Shown piece by piece: positions 47,702 through 59,891 of a stretch of DNA of 64,000 bases; position 1 is the stretch's first letter; each line of letters opens with the position of its first letter. Both the position numbers and the translations under genes were made by a program. Below the pieces are notes generated by a model, which had not been told where the DNA came from, searched no databases, and saw only the letters and a program-made list of their open reading frames with translations. The DNA comes from Hormiphora californensis. Its lineage: Eukaryota; Animalia; Ctenophora. The stretch spans positions 7,502,001 to 7,566,000 of the forward strand of contig CM035354.1 in the NCBI GenBank assembly GCA_020137815.1, read 5' to 3'.

Positions 47702-50700
47702 ATGGGTAACAGCCGTCCCTTTCTCTCACTGCTAGTGGTGCTATGTGGACTCCTACTAAACCATCCTACTGATGCCCAGAACCCTAGTGTGATCCCAGCC
47801 CAGCTAAACCAAACCATCACTGCTAATGTCACAGCTACCTTCCAGAAAACCTTCTTCTTCCGGCTGGACCCGGAGATAGTGAGGAAGAAGCCTGTACGAG
47901 TGTCTGCTAAAGCTGTGAATGCGTCCATTGCTAATCCACTGATAGTGACAGCAAGGCAGATATTGGGTGTAACGTCCTTCACTATTCCACTTAACGACCA
48001 GGGATACCAGGTGTATAACAGGTAACTGGCCAGTCTCCCTCCCGCCCCGATTTGATAACTATCCGTTTGTTTGTTTGTGAGTGTTTCTGATAACTAGAGA
48101 GATAGAGAGTGTGTGGTTGTTGTGCAATCCATTAGGTACTCAACAAGTGGGTGTTTGTGTGTGGCATTACAGCAGGTGTCTCGCAGCTCTATTTGCTGCC
48201 TAAATTGTTCCCTGTCCACCTGTTATGGATGTAGCAAATAAACACATGTTCTAACACTTTTATTTAGAGAAAAACAGCATTGAAAATTATTAGATAGACG
48301 GGAACGTTTAACGAATTAGTATGCAACCTCCTTCTGCTAAACAGCAAAAAAGCTGGTCATTCCCAATCGCTTGGTACATTGTCTTATTTTATTCATTTTC
48401 TTCCTGAAGCACAGCAAAACTACTAGAGGGTTTTATGAAAATTCAGCAGGTCATGTCTCTCTCCAACTAAAGTTGTTCATATCTTTTCCCAACTCCTTCG
48501 TCCATTCTAACATACACCGCTGTACTCTTCTTCTCCCTCCTGCAACAGCCACAACAGCAATAACAGCACAACCCCATGAGAATCAGAGGGATGCCAACAC
48601 ACAGGGCTATAATCAGACCAATGGGTAGGCCGGTATGGCTGCTTAGATGTTGGATCCCATCCTTGACTTCATGAACATCCCGCTGGAAGGGTGGTACAAC
48701 AGTAACTCCAATCTTTTCAGCCAGGGGCTCCACAATATCATTGGCAACATGGTCAAGGGCACCTCTGTATTTTTCAGCGGCTTCATTGACGGCATTTCCT
48801 AGATCGGTAGAGGCGTCGCTGTTACCATAGCCTAATTCGGTAGAAACGTCGTCGATGGCTCCTTTAACCTTGTCTGGTAGAAGGTCCAGGGGGTTCCAAC
48901 ATAGGGCACTGCTCCATAAGACAGCTACAGTCAACAGTAGCATGATCACTAATTGGTGGAATTTGGGGGAGGGATTAGAGACAAATAATATACGCAAATG
49001 TTTAGATTTTGAGATAGGGAGTCGGGAGAACAACTTTCGAAAGGCAGCTATAATAACACAAAGTGTGAGATGGCTTGAGGCAAAACACAAAGGGGGGTAT
49101 CTCGAATGAACCATTATGGTCAAATTATAAAAACTACGTCACTTTGGCACACCCATAGGGTGCGCATCAAGATGTCGCTTTTGATATAACTTTCTCAGCT
49201 TTTTCTGGGCGTCTGAGAGGTTGAAGTTTTTGAATTTTTCCACCCAACTTTTCAAGTTCGGTACTTCAAGTACTTTTGATAACCCACACTGCTTCCCCCA
49301 ATCCCTTCCCTCCACCAAACAAAGTTAAACATCCTCCTCCCTACAGGGTGGCCCGAACTCTCTGCCCACAGTGGAACATTGTTGATGATCGGAGTGAGAA
49401 ACTCTACCTCGCCGTGGATGTGTCCTCCAGTGGTAATGTCAAGAGAGAATTCCAACTTCGAGCTGATTATGTCGACAACTTCGAGTTGATAACAGGACAG
49501 CGGATTAGCGCTAATGTCACTCCCTCTACTCCCATGTTTTTTAAATACTCCTTCACAAAAAGGTTAGTTTACTCCTTCATAAAATTGTATTTGCTTTTTC
49601 TGAGTTTTATGTTCTAGACATTAATTTCCGGTCGCCCAAAGTATGTAACTCATGTCGACTGACATAATTTCTTCCTGCTTATTCTAGCCTCTCATTAAAT
49701 CCCCTCAAATACATATTTAGTGCCCATTTAGCTTCTATTTTCTAAATTTCTAAACAGGAAATACTGAATTCCTAAATGTATGCCTCACTAATAACTTCCT
49801 AATCACATCCCCAGCCAATTAAATGGACCAGTTCTGGTACGTGTTCATTCTGATAGTGAGACATGTGCTACTATATCCGTACAGAAGAACATGTGCCCCA
49901 TCCATGATCTCATGTATGATATAGAGTATGATGGGATGTACCAGAGTATGACAGCCATGGCTGCTATCACAGTTACACCTGATTTTAGTCCCATCACCGT
50001 GAGTATTAATTATAGTTGAGACTGCTAATGAAGCCAATCTCACCAAATTCCACATATTATCGGATTGAGATTGTAATTATCATGACGTCACACACCACTC
50101 TATGACGTCATCCCTCCTATGACGTCATCCCTCCTCCCAGGAAGAGTTTGTAGTGGTGGTAGTGGTACATCCAACAGATTACACGTGCGAACATTTGGGA
50201 CATGAACTCCTCGATTCCATCCGTCTAAATCCCAACTCCACCAGCCCAACATCAGCATCCAGCGTTCGAACACAAAAACGGGAATCAAAATACAACACGT
50301 GAGTTTGTTATGTTTAAGACCTTCTTTTACATTTGTAAAAGAGTGTTCTTAACTAATAGGATAACACGCGAGAAATTGTGGAGTCATTCAAAATGGTCGC
50401 AATTCCTCCGAGATAGCTTGGGGTTATAAATCAATGGAAAATAACATCCCCCCTATTATACAGGATGAAGAATGTGGTTATATCGGTGGAGACTACTATG
50501 ACCTACCGAGAGTACATCTTCCCTACACTGATAACTGTAGGACTACTGCTAATTATCTACCTACTGGCATACGTGGGAACTATCCTGGAAACTGAAAAGT
50601 AGGTGTTTTTATCTGGCACAATTCCAAAAACATATATTTCCTGTGACCACACCTTCCATAAGTTGAAGACTGTTTGTGGTTCTCACTTTTTATCTCATTC

Positions 50701-53700
50701 CCTTATCAGGTTTATCCGTGGATTTAATATTGAGTTTGAGTACAGCACCGTGTCTGACGATGTTGAATCTGGGGTAAGAAATGGACGGGACATACGGACA
50801 GACCGACAGACTAGTAGTGACCATATCATTTGGTCAGACCATAACTTGTTGTTGAGTAGCTGTTGTAGCTTTGAGCTATCAGAGGTGGGTTTCCTGACAA
50901 ACATGACAATGCTAATATACAACAGAGACGCGGCATAATATCTGTACCTCCTTTTTAATGAAGTTGACGGGTGACAACCGACAACATATCACCCCCTGTC
51001 TCGTGTTGTGTAAGGGAGGATGATATACCACCCTTTACACAACCCACCCACCTCCCCAGGAGATAGCAGGCCCGGCAGTGGACGAGCACAAGGGACCACC
51101 GCCCCCTGGGTACGGGTCCATCTCAGAGTCTCCTGTAGAGGCAGCTGTTAGTAATGGTGCAGCAGTGAGGCAGAGACACCAGAAAACTGAGAGTATTGGT
51201 AGTGTGGACTACTGTGAGGATATTAACGAGGTATAATTATATAATTAATTAGTTAATTAAATGGTAATTGGGGAACTAGGGATGTTGATATTATAGGGAA
51301 AAGGAAGACCCGGTCTACATTTTGTTGCTCCTTCTAAGGTGGTATGTGAGATTTGTAAAATGTACAACCGTTTCCCAGGTAATGGAGATACGGAGGACCA
51401 AGGTTGAGTTGACAGTGGCTGACCTGAGTTTCCATAGTAACGAGTACAAATACAGATTATACCAGTGGAACCTAATTCCTATCGCTATTTTCTACGCTCT
51501 ACCTGTCATTCAGCTAGTAGCAGGTAAACTGGCTGTTGTGTTATCTGTGTTTTCAATTCAGGGCTAACACGGTCGCTTGTAGTGGGAAAACGGTAATGGA
51601 AAACGAAGATACAGTAAGACGACGCGCAACCGTGACCAATCAGGGCGCTAGTACGTGCTGACACATGAACTTTTTGCCGTGCGTTATGCACCGTGCGCTT
51701 CTCCTTACTGTATTTTGCGTTACCGTATTTTGACTGCAAGCAGCACTGTAAGATATCTGAGTTAATGAGCTTGGCAACTGTGAAAACTGTGAAAATGTCT
51801 GGTGACACCAGATCCCGTTTTGATCCGGCAGTGCGCTCTCAGATCGGGTCGGTGCCACCAGACGATTAATGTGAAAGGGGTTTAGTGAAGGTTATGATGA
51901 GCATGACGATTATTGTCGTGTGACGTCACTGTCTGTCCTTCAGTCTTGAACTCACCGTTATCAGTTCCAACAAAAGATATACTTTCTATCGCTCCGTGCC
52001 TTTCCAAACTGATAATATCACTCCAACTAACAATCACATTCTCCACTAACTGGCCAGGGTTTAGTTTCCCTTCGTAGATCCACTTTATTTCTTGATCACT
52101 GAGACGTCTATCCAACCAAACCAAGTCAGATAGTTTACCCACAAATGCGTCACCAAGTCCAAATCCTCCACCGTATGTATCCTGGTCTTGTCCAATCACT
52201 AAAATTCCTTTTTTGGAGATGCCGGTAGGGAATTGGGAGTTAACCCACTGGTGGAGCAAGTGCCCGTCTACGTGTATGGCAGCTGTATCGTTCCTCCATG
52301 TGAAAACCAGATGGTACCAGCGTGTCTCGTTGAAATAAAAACCTGCAAAGTCAGTTTATTAATGATAAGTGCTACTCTTGAAAAGTTATCAAGTTTAATA
52401 ATTATTGTCAAGTTGGTTAGAATGTTTATTATGAACTAACTTGGATCTTCAAGTTGACTTTCTTCGAAATTTTGGTCGTTAACGTATCCACGGAAAGTAT
52501 TTTCATTGCTGATATACAGTAGAATATCATTTCCTGCTGAGTTCGATTCTTTCATATATGAGAAGATACACCTCACTCCCCCACTACCAATAGGGTAGAA
52601 CCAGGTTGATATACTCATCTCGCTCCATTCATCGGTCCCGTGAGATATAGTTGTCATGATGTAGTTGTCCGTGGTTCGTGGCAGTGGAAACACGATAATA
52701 TCTGTTGAGTGATTCAGTGTTTATTGGATGTTTACGGAAACCAGAATAATCATAGCAATTTAACTGATCGAGCTTCGAACTTTTTAATACACGGGAAAAT
52801 GGTAAATCTTTTTAGACTTCAACCCAAGTACTACTCTGAACAATGCAATTGAATATTGGTTAATCTCACCTGATGTAGGTAGACTCTGGGTAAGGGTGCA
52901 GAGCAATCCCACCAACAGAAATTGCCGTAGCATGCCTTCAAAGAAAAACTGCCGTATCATGCGTTCAAGCAATGCTAGTTATGTTAATGTTATGTTAATG
53001 TTATGTTAAAATGAGAGAGAACAGCAGGGATTTTTACAAAATGTTATGGTCCCGTGCGTTGTCTTCAAGCGAGAACCCGGAACACAGCAAAGATAGAAAA
53101 AGAACAATGAAGTGTATGGTAATGCGGCGTGTGAGGGACTCTCCCTCCCCCTTTCACCCCATATCTACCTGTTCTATCTTTATCTATCTAAGTTTCTCCC
53201 TCTCTCTTTCACCCTCTCTCTCGCTCTCTAGAACTATCATTTTTAGTTCTCTCCTATTTTCTATTTCTCTCTCTCCCCCGCACAATCAACAATGATCTAA
53301 AAATCTAGCCTGTTGTTGGGTAAGAGCGTAGCGACATTCTAACAAACAACAGACGATGTCTTGAAGCGAGAGTTCTCTCTTTCTCTAAGATAGACATTCC
53401 TACCTCTTGCACGTGGCCACGAGACAAATTATCCCATTGGCTCGATAAAAAAGAAGAGAATTGATGCTCAGTGCTACTTGTTCTATCTTTATCTATCTTT
53501 ATCTATCTTTATCTATCTAAGTTTCTCCCTCTCTCTTTCACCCTCTCTCTCGCTCTCTAGAACTATCATTTTTAGTTCTCTCCTATTTTCTATTTCTCTC
53601 TCTCCCCCGCACAATCAACAATGATCTAAAAATCTAGCCTGTTGTTGGGTAAGAGCGTAGCGACATTCTAACAAACAACAGACGATGTCTTGAAGCGAGA

Positions 53701-54594
53701 GTTCTTTCCTTCTCTAAGATAGACATTCCTACCTCTTGCACGTGGCCACGAGACAAATTATCCCATTGGCTCGATAAAAAAAGAAGAGAATTATTGCTCA
53801 GTGCTCGCGATGTATGATAATAACTAAAGCCAATAACTAACCACAACTCCTAAACCCAACCCCTAACCACAACCCCTAAACCCAATTCCTCTCTCCCCAG
53901 GTATTCAGTTGATAGTACACTTTACGGGTAACCAAGACATCTGCTACTACAACTTCCTCTGTTCACGACCCCTCGGAGTGGTCCAACAGTTTAACAACAT
54001 ATTCAGGTACAGCTCAACCCCCTAAATCAATTGGAACGTTCACTTTTAGGAGATAGAAATAGGTTAAATATTTAATAATGAGTTAGCGGGGGGTAAAGAA
54101 CATCAAAAGTTCACTTTGTTCATTTTCCAATAACGCTCCCCCACCAAATACCAATTACTTACACACCTTCCCTTTTCCAGTAACGTTGGCTATGTTCTTC
54201 TTGGTATACTATTCCTGCTGATTGTAAAACACAGGGACACAAAATACCAGGCTGCAGTCAAAGAACGGCCTGTAATCAGTAAAATGTGAGTCCTCGATCT
54301 ATCTGCCATATATCTTCACCTTTATGTACTCGGGTTAGCGACCCACAGCGGTTTTTAGGTTGACATTGAAGTTGATATTTCTAAAACTAATCCCATCTGA
54401 TCCAAAACTAACTGATTTATTTCTACATTATTTAAACTATCTCACCCGGAACAGGTACGGACTACCCCAACACAACGGGATTTACTACTCAGTCGGTTTC
54501 TCACTCTGTATGGAGGGTGTCCTTTCTGCCTCCTACCACGTGTGTCCTACAGGGTAGGTGGTGTTTCCAGAGACAGACTAGACAGACTTGAGGC

Positions 54595-54655
<61 letters not shown>

Positions 54656-56792
54656 TGAGACAGACACACAGACAGACTCTAACAACCCATTCCCCCTCTC
54701 AGATACAATTTTCAGTTTGACAGCACCTTTATGTACCTGATGAGTGGTTTACTAATGTTAAAGATCTACCAGCTCCGACACCCCGATGTTAACCCACATG
54801 CTTACACTGCCTACATATTCTTATCTCTGACCGTCCTTATCGAGGTAATATCACAGCGGCCATTTTAATTAGCTTGCTTCATCGTGACCCGGTCACTGAC
54901 CGGGAAAATGGTGAGGTAGTTTATTTGTGACGTACCGTTCGCACATGCTATCGAAAACAATCTAAAGTCGGATTTTTTGAAACTGTCACCCCCCTTCTCG
55001 TGCGCGGAATGTTTTTGCGCGTCACATCACATGTTAACGTGTGGTGTGCGCGTCAAAATTGATAAATTTCACATGCGTGGTCATTTGGGGGTGACAGTTT
55101 CAAAAAATCCGACTTTAATAATTGGGGAATATTCGACCATTAATAATCCCCGTGTTTTCAGGTTATCGGAGTGTACGTGCAGACAATCTACTTCTGGATA
55201 TTCTTTGGTGTTTTGTACGTTGTGGCCACCCTCTACTTTACCAGTCACATGTACTACATGGGGGTCATTTCTCTCGATTGTGGAATATTTGGACGCATTT
55301 CTCACTTTTTCCGGTAAGCAATCATGGTGGACTAGATTTATTTGAGTCGCCTGACACTGTGACCGTGCTCCGGTATGAACTATTTAGTAGAACTTTTTGA
55401 AAAAGATCACTTTTTGTGCGAGCTGCGCCTTACACACATCACCGCACCCTCCCAGAATGAGCCTATTCCAAGGTCACATTGCCCCCCGGTACCCACGGCG
55501 CGGTATATTCTGCGTGATCATAATGGCAGTTAACTTTGCAACTGCCGTGTGGGGTATCTTGTGGAGGGGCAGGAACTTCCCGGCCTACCTGTTGGGTATA
55601 TTCATGGTCAACCTCTTGGTTTACCTGGCCTTCTATTTTGCAATGAAGTTGTACCACAAAGAAGTGAGATGATGATCCTCTGAAGACAGCATACTTTAAT
55701 AACATGTTTCAAACACATATTTTAACATGTTTCAAACACATTTTAACATGTTTCAAACACACTTTAACATGTTTTAAACACATTTGAACATGTTTGCAAG
55801 ATTTGGCCCTAATTCCCTAACATACCAACACTTTTCTAAACACCCTTTCCTAGCGGGACTTAACTTTTTTTAACATAACATAACGGGATTAACACTTTTA
55901 TAAGCACCTTTTCCCTCTTTTTAGGACGGATTTTATCAGCAGTCCCAAACCTCTCTACATGGACCGGTTCATTTTCCTTGTGCTGGTGGTAACATTGAAC
56001 TTCGCAGCAGCGGTGCTGGGTGTGGTTTTCATGCCCAGTGATTTCCCCTCATTCCTCCTTGCTGTTTTCCTCATTAATCTTCTTGCATACTTTGCATACT
56101 ACGTCATTATGAAGTTTATACACGGAGAGGTAATACTTGAAAACGATCCCCGCACCCTTTCTGGTTTTATCCTCGCCCCTTTTGTGGCATGAACATGGTT
56201 ATTTTGATCATTTCTAACCTAACGATAACCACCTTCTCTCTCTCAGTACCCGTACCCAATTACGATATTCTGTGGAGTTCTCACCATGGTAACATGGATC
56301 TGTGCACTCTACTTTTACTTTTCAACCGTTACAAACTGGCAACTACCAGCCGCCCAGTCGAGATCAAAGAATCTGCGATGCATTGCTCTCGGTGAGTTGA
56401 GGTCTAAAAACCAGCCCAATTAACAGTTTGGTATCGAAGACACCTCACACTCTGACCTTCACGCGCACTGGCAAGGGGTAACTTCGTAACCAAATTAACA
56501 GTACTCACAGATCAGGTCGGCGCCGCCAGACAGGCCCTGCTTTGGTCATGTTCAATGTTCAGTAATTCGGGGCCGACTGTATCAGAACTGCAATTGCAGT
56601 CAACCAACATTGCTAGCTTTAAAATTAGTTCACTTCCAAATAATAAAAACTATTTCTTTTTCAGATTTTTACGACAACCACGATGTCTGGCACATCATCT
56701 CCTCCATGGCCCTCTTCTTTGGTTTTGTCACCGTCCTAACTCTGGATGATCATCTGCTGAACAAACCACGGAACCAGATCAGGGTCTTCTGA
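47702..56792 (+). CDS. SIDT: SID-1/SIDT family 11-TM protein (dsRNA/cholesterol-uptake family, Zn-dependent CREST fold), ~16 exons plus an alternative exon
   Basis: Signal peptide; VARTLCP; [12 protein letters not shown]; YQSMT; [13 protein letters not shown]; [13 protein letters not shown]; FNNIFSNVGY; [12 protein letters not shown]; [10 protein letters not shown]; RHPD; FYDNHDVWH; LTLDD..IRVF*. Confidence 0.95.
48467..48943 (-). CDS. Nested antisense gene in SID-1 intron 1: 158-aa single-pass membrane protein with juxtamembrane Cys string
   Basis: [15 protein letters not shown] signal-like start; [21 protein letters not shown]; [11 protein letters not shown]; tail YVRM..YEQL. Splice-acceptor-like sequence just upstream of the ATG. 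Confidence 0.75.
   Translation of the reverse strand: MLLLTVAVLWSSALCWNPLDLLPDKVKGAIDDVSTELGYGNSDASTDLGNAVNEAAEKYRGALDHVANDIVEPLAEKIGVTVVPPFQRDVHEVKDGIQHLSSHTGLPIGLIIALCVGIPLILMGLCCYCCCGCCRREKKSTAVYVRMDEGVGKRYEQL
51882..52933 (-). CDS. Nested antisense 3-exon secreted pentraxin/LamG-fold protein in SID-1 intron 51524-53900 (exons 52870-52933, 52441-52701, 51882-52342)
   Basis: Signal peptide [17 protein letters not shown] (alternative ATG at 52960); VFP; IFSY; NDILLY; WYHLVFTW; HVDG; [31 protein letters not shown]. Both introns are phase-1 consistent. Confidence 0.85.
53171..53805. repeat. ~310-325-bp near-perfect tandem duplication upstream of the nested pentraxin gene
   Basis: 53171-53475 repeated at 53480-53805 with a few substitutions. 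Confidence 0.9.
54965..55115. mobile_element. MITE, AAGTCGG family (short subtype), in a SID-1 intron
   Basis: TIRs plus TA TSD. Confidence 0.9.
55456..55663 (+). other. SID-1 alternative exon A (TM8-TM9, divergent and basic variant)
   Basis: CAG|A ATG...GAA|GTGAG, 208 nt, open: [69 protein letters not shown]. Confidence 0.85.
55697..55795. repeat. ~21-bp minisatellite (TTTAACATGTTTCAAACACA)4-5 between the two alternative exons
   Basis: Direct reading. Confidence 0.85.
55925..56129 (+). other. SID-1 alternative exon B (TM8-TM9, canonical-like variant)
   Basis: TAG|G ACG...GAG|GTAAT, 205 nt, open: [68 protein letters not shown]. Confidence 0.9.
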
Positions 56793-57171
56793 ATATATCT
56801 GTCATAGAGATTTGATGACGTCAGGAGTTGTTGGGAGTGTGAAACTCCACCCCCCCCCCCCCAAGTGGGCATGAGTGGACACTTGTTTTCTGAACTCTTT
56901 TGTTCCTGTTCTCTGTGTGTTATGTTGTCTGGGTATGATGATCTGGAACAGTGTTACAGCGGGAGAGAGAGGTGTGTGTCATCTTTCACCACGCGTTTTA
57001 ATTTTAATTTATGCCAAGTGCCCTAGTAATTATGTTAATTAAGATTTGTTGTTTCAGAATACAACTTGATGTTAACTTGATAGTTTAGACATTTTAATTG
57101 AACTTTGCCAGGTGCAAATATTAATTTAATTATAAATCGCAAAGATAATCAAGTTATAATGAATATATATG

Positions 57172-57427
57172 CAGACGGACCCTTATTTACCTTGTTGAGT
57201 AAGGGGGTCCCCGTTACTCAACAATATTTACCGGGATGTTCGGGTGAGCTGTCTGGCGCATGCCTCGACCCTTCCTTTCAGAAGAGGGCTGACACATGTG
57301 TGAACGGGTCTGGACAGCCGCGGGTGAAAGGTTTTTAGGGGCTAGGGACTATAAGTTTCCTAGTCCCCTGTTTCCTACATCGTGGAAATTGGGTAATTTG
57401 TCCGTCCAGTAGATAGGGGCCCGTCTG
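57172..57427. mobile_element. Degenerate pogo-type MITE
   Basis: CAGACGGACCCTTATTTACC ... GTAGATAGGGGCCCGTCTG|TA, related to the CAGTCGGACCCCGATTTA TIR. Another relic lies at ~29781-29870. Confidence 0.5.
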
Positions 57428-58106
57428 TACTCTGTGTTATAAGTGGTGAAGCGATATGTTATCTTGGGTTTTTGATCAGATATCTGAAGGGTTTTTTTTC
57501 GAATTTGAATTTCTGTCTGTGTACTGGTTTTATGCCTCTTTGGATTGTCAAAATTGGAGCGTGTGTGTGTGTGTGTGTGTGTGTTTTTGGCAACAAAAGA
57601 AGTGTAGCTCGTGGTATGTGCATTTATTGTATGTAATATATTTTTATCATTTGTTTTGAGCCCACAAAATTACGCTGTTTCAGTTTGTTCACAGGTCGGG
57701 GTTTTCTGGTTAAATATCACTACCAGTCTGGCGGCGCCAGACTCCGATTTGACAGTGCGCTCAGATGTTGTTACTGAGATGAGGTCCACGGTACCAGGGT
57801 TATTAAAAGGTGTGAAAAGTTAGCGGAAATCCAAAGGACCTGCATGAATATGTTTACTGAGTCGTTCCTTGTGCGGCGAAATGCAAAAGATGGTCAAATA
57901 TAGTCATAATATGATCTTATTTACCATCGCGTGTCGCTGTGTATGTGTGTGTGACGCTGCCAGAAATGGTATAATCTGTTGTCCTCTCTCTCTCTCTATC
58001 CTTGTCTCTCTCTATCCCTCACTCCCTCCTTCGCTTGCAATTACCGATTGAGCACAGCTGTGGTAAGAGAGTTAAAGGCATCTCAGGGAGGCATAATGAG
58101 TGAGAT

Positions 58107-58196
<90 letters not shown>

Positions 58197-59637
58197 TGAA
58201 GAGACAGAGAGAGAAGAAAGCTCTCTCTCCCTCCGCAGTGTGTGTATAGCAGGATCTGGGTCCTGACCTGGATCATTTCTCGCTTCTTTAATGTTCTTAT
58301 GCGTTTTAAGTTTTTTTACTTCATCCTGGTTAGCTAATCCTATTCTTCCTAATGGACAAGATTCGAGACATGACGTAAGAGAGTAAAGGATCAGAGCTTG
58401 ATGTCCCTTTTGGGAGTATGCTGAGATTCGTAGAAACGGCACTGACAGGAGTTCAGAGAGCGCAGTATAGAGACGAATGAGAGAGAGAGAGACAGTAGAG
58501 AGAGGAGAGAGAGAGAGAAGTGCCGACGGCACACAAGGAGAGTGATGAATTAGTCAGAGAGCTCTTCGGTTCTCCTCCGCGTGGTGTGTATAGAGTGTTC
58601 GGCTTTGGGTTCCTCACTGATCAATCTCTCAGTTTTCTTTAAACTGTTTTTATTAGATTTTTATGCAGTTTTAATTAGAATTCTGCGTATGGTTGAACAC
58701 TAATACCTATTTGTGTTTCCAAGGTTGTACACGATTCTTAATGTAATTACCGTTGACTAGATCATGAGCAAGCATCAGTGAGTGGTCCTTTCCTGGGTAT
58801 TTTAGAGAAGGCGGATACGGTACGGTCTCATCTGCAATGGGCTTTCATACATATGAGAAGTGGAAAGCGGTGAGGAATATCAGGGGGAGGGGGAAGTGAA
58901 ATGTGGGGTTAGCAGATGGGAGAGAGCTTGGGAGGATGTTGAGAGAGATTATAAGTGCCGCTGGCAGCACAAGGAAGGGGTCATTTTCAGTTCATGAGTG
59001 TGCTATCTAGTTTCTCGTGCCGGATCTTTATTAGTGGCTTTCGAGTGTGCTTAGTCATATAATACGAGTGTATGCTGTTTAGTTAACATTTTACTGTAAA
59101 ATACTAAAATTTTCGTCTGTTTGTAACATTTACAGCTGGTTATCTTGGCACAAAGAAATGTGTTAATTCATTCTCCCTAATATGTTACATACGTGCATGT
59201 TCCATTGTTATGCGGAAATAGACGTCAAAATTAGTGTTTGGGTACTTTGTACTGAGGTACAGTGGTATAATTGAATTTTTAATTCTATGGGCTACGACTA
59301 GTCGCGACTTTTGTGTGTGTTAACAATGTTGCTTTGAACTGAATCTGAAGCCGGTTCTTGAGTCTCGATGACCTAGTGCTCTGACGCTAATCTCTGTCTT
59401 TAATTTTATGTCATCATCTGTTCCTCTTGTTGTTTTCTCAATCTCATTCTCAAGTTATATTGAATCACTGAAATTGAAATAAATTGTTTTAGTTCAAGTT
59501 GCTTGTTATCAACGTGTTGACTTCATCATGAAGACTGAAGTTCAATATGCCACAAGTCCACCGTTGTGGGCTGTGGCGTTGTGTGAAGTGTCACATGTGT
59601 ACTTGTACTGTGTACCCCAGTTTATGCCATACCACTA

Positions 59638-59809
59638 CAGTCGGACCCCGATTTAGGGACACCCTCGGGGGAAAGGCTCTTGTCCACTAAATCGGGGTGT
59701 CCACTAAATCGGGGTCAAATAAGGTTAATTTCCTATATCGGGGGAAAAAAATCCTGTCCCTAAATCGGGGTGCCACTAAATCGGGGGCCCCTAAATCGGG
59801 GTCCGACTG
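59638..59809. mobile_element. Short pogo-type MITE, same TIR family as 14795-15659
   Basis: TA|CAGTCGGACCCCGATTTAGGG...CTAAATCGGGGTCCGACTG|TA. Confidence 0.9.
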
Positions 59810-59891
59810 TACAAGTACAAGAGGCAAAAACTACCTATTTATGGCTGACACACTTCCCTAGACTCTATGGAAGATTATGTAATGTGACACA

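Noticed and set aside
53840-53890. Telomere-like CCCTAA runs (also ~33585-33605)
   Set aside because: Degenerate and short; C-rich CTAAC tracts precede many acceptors here and probably reflect branch-point composition.
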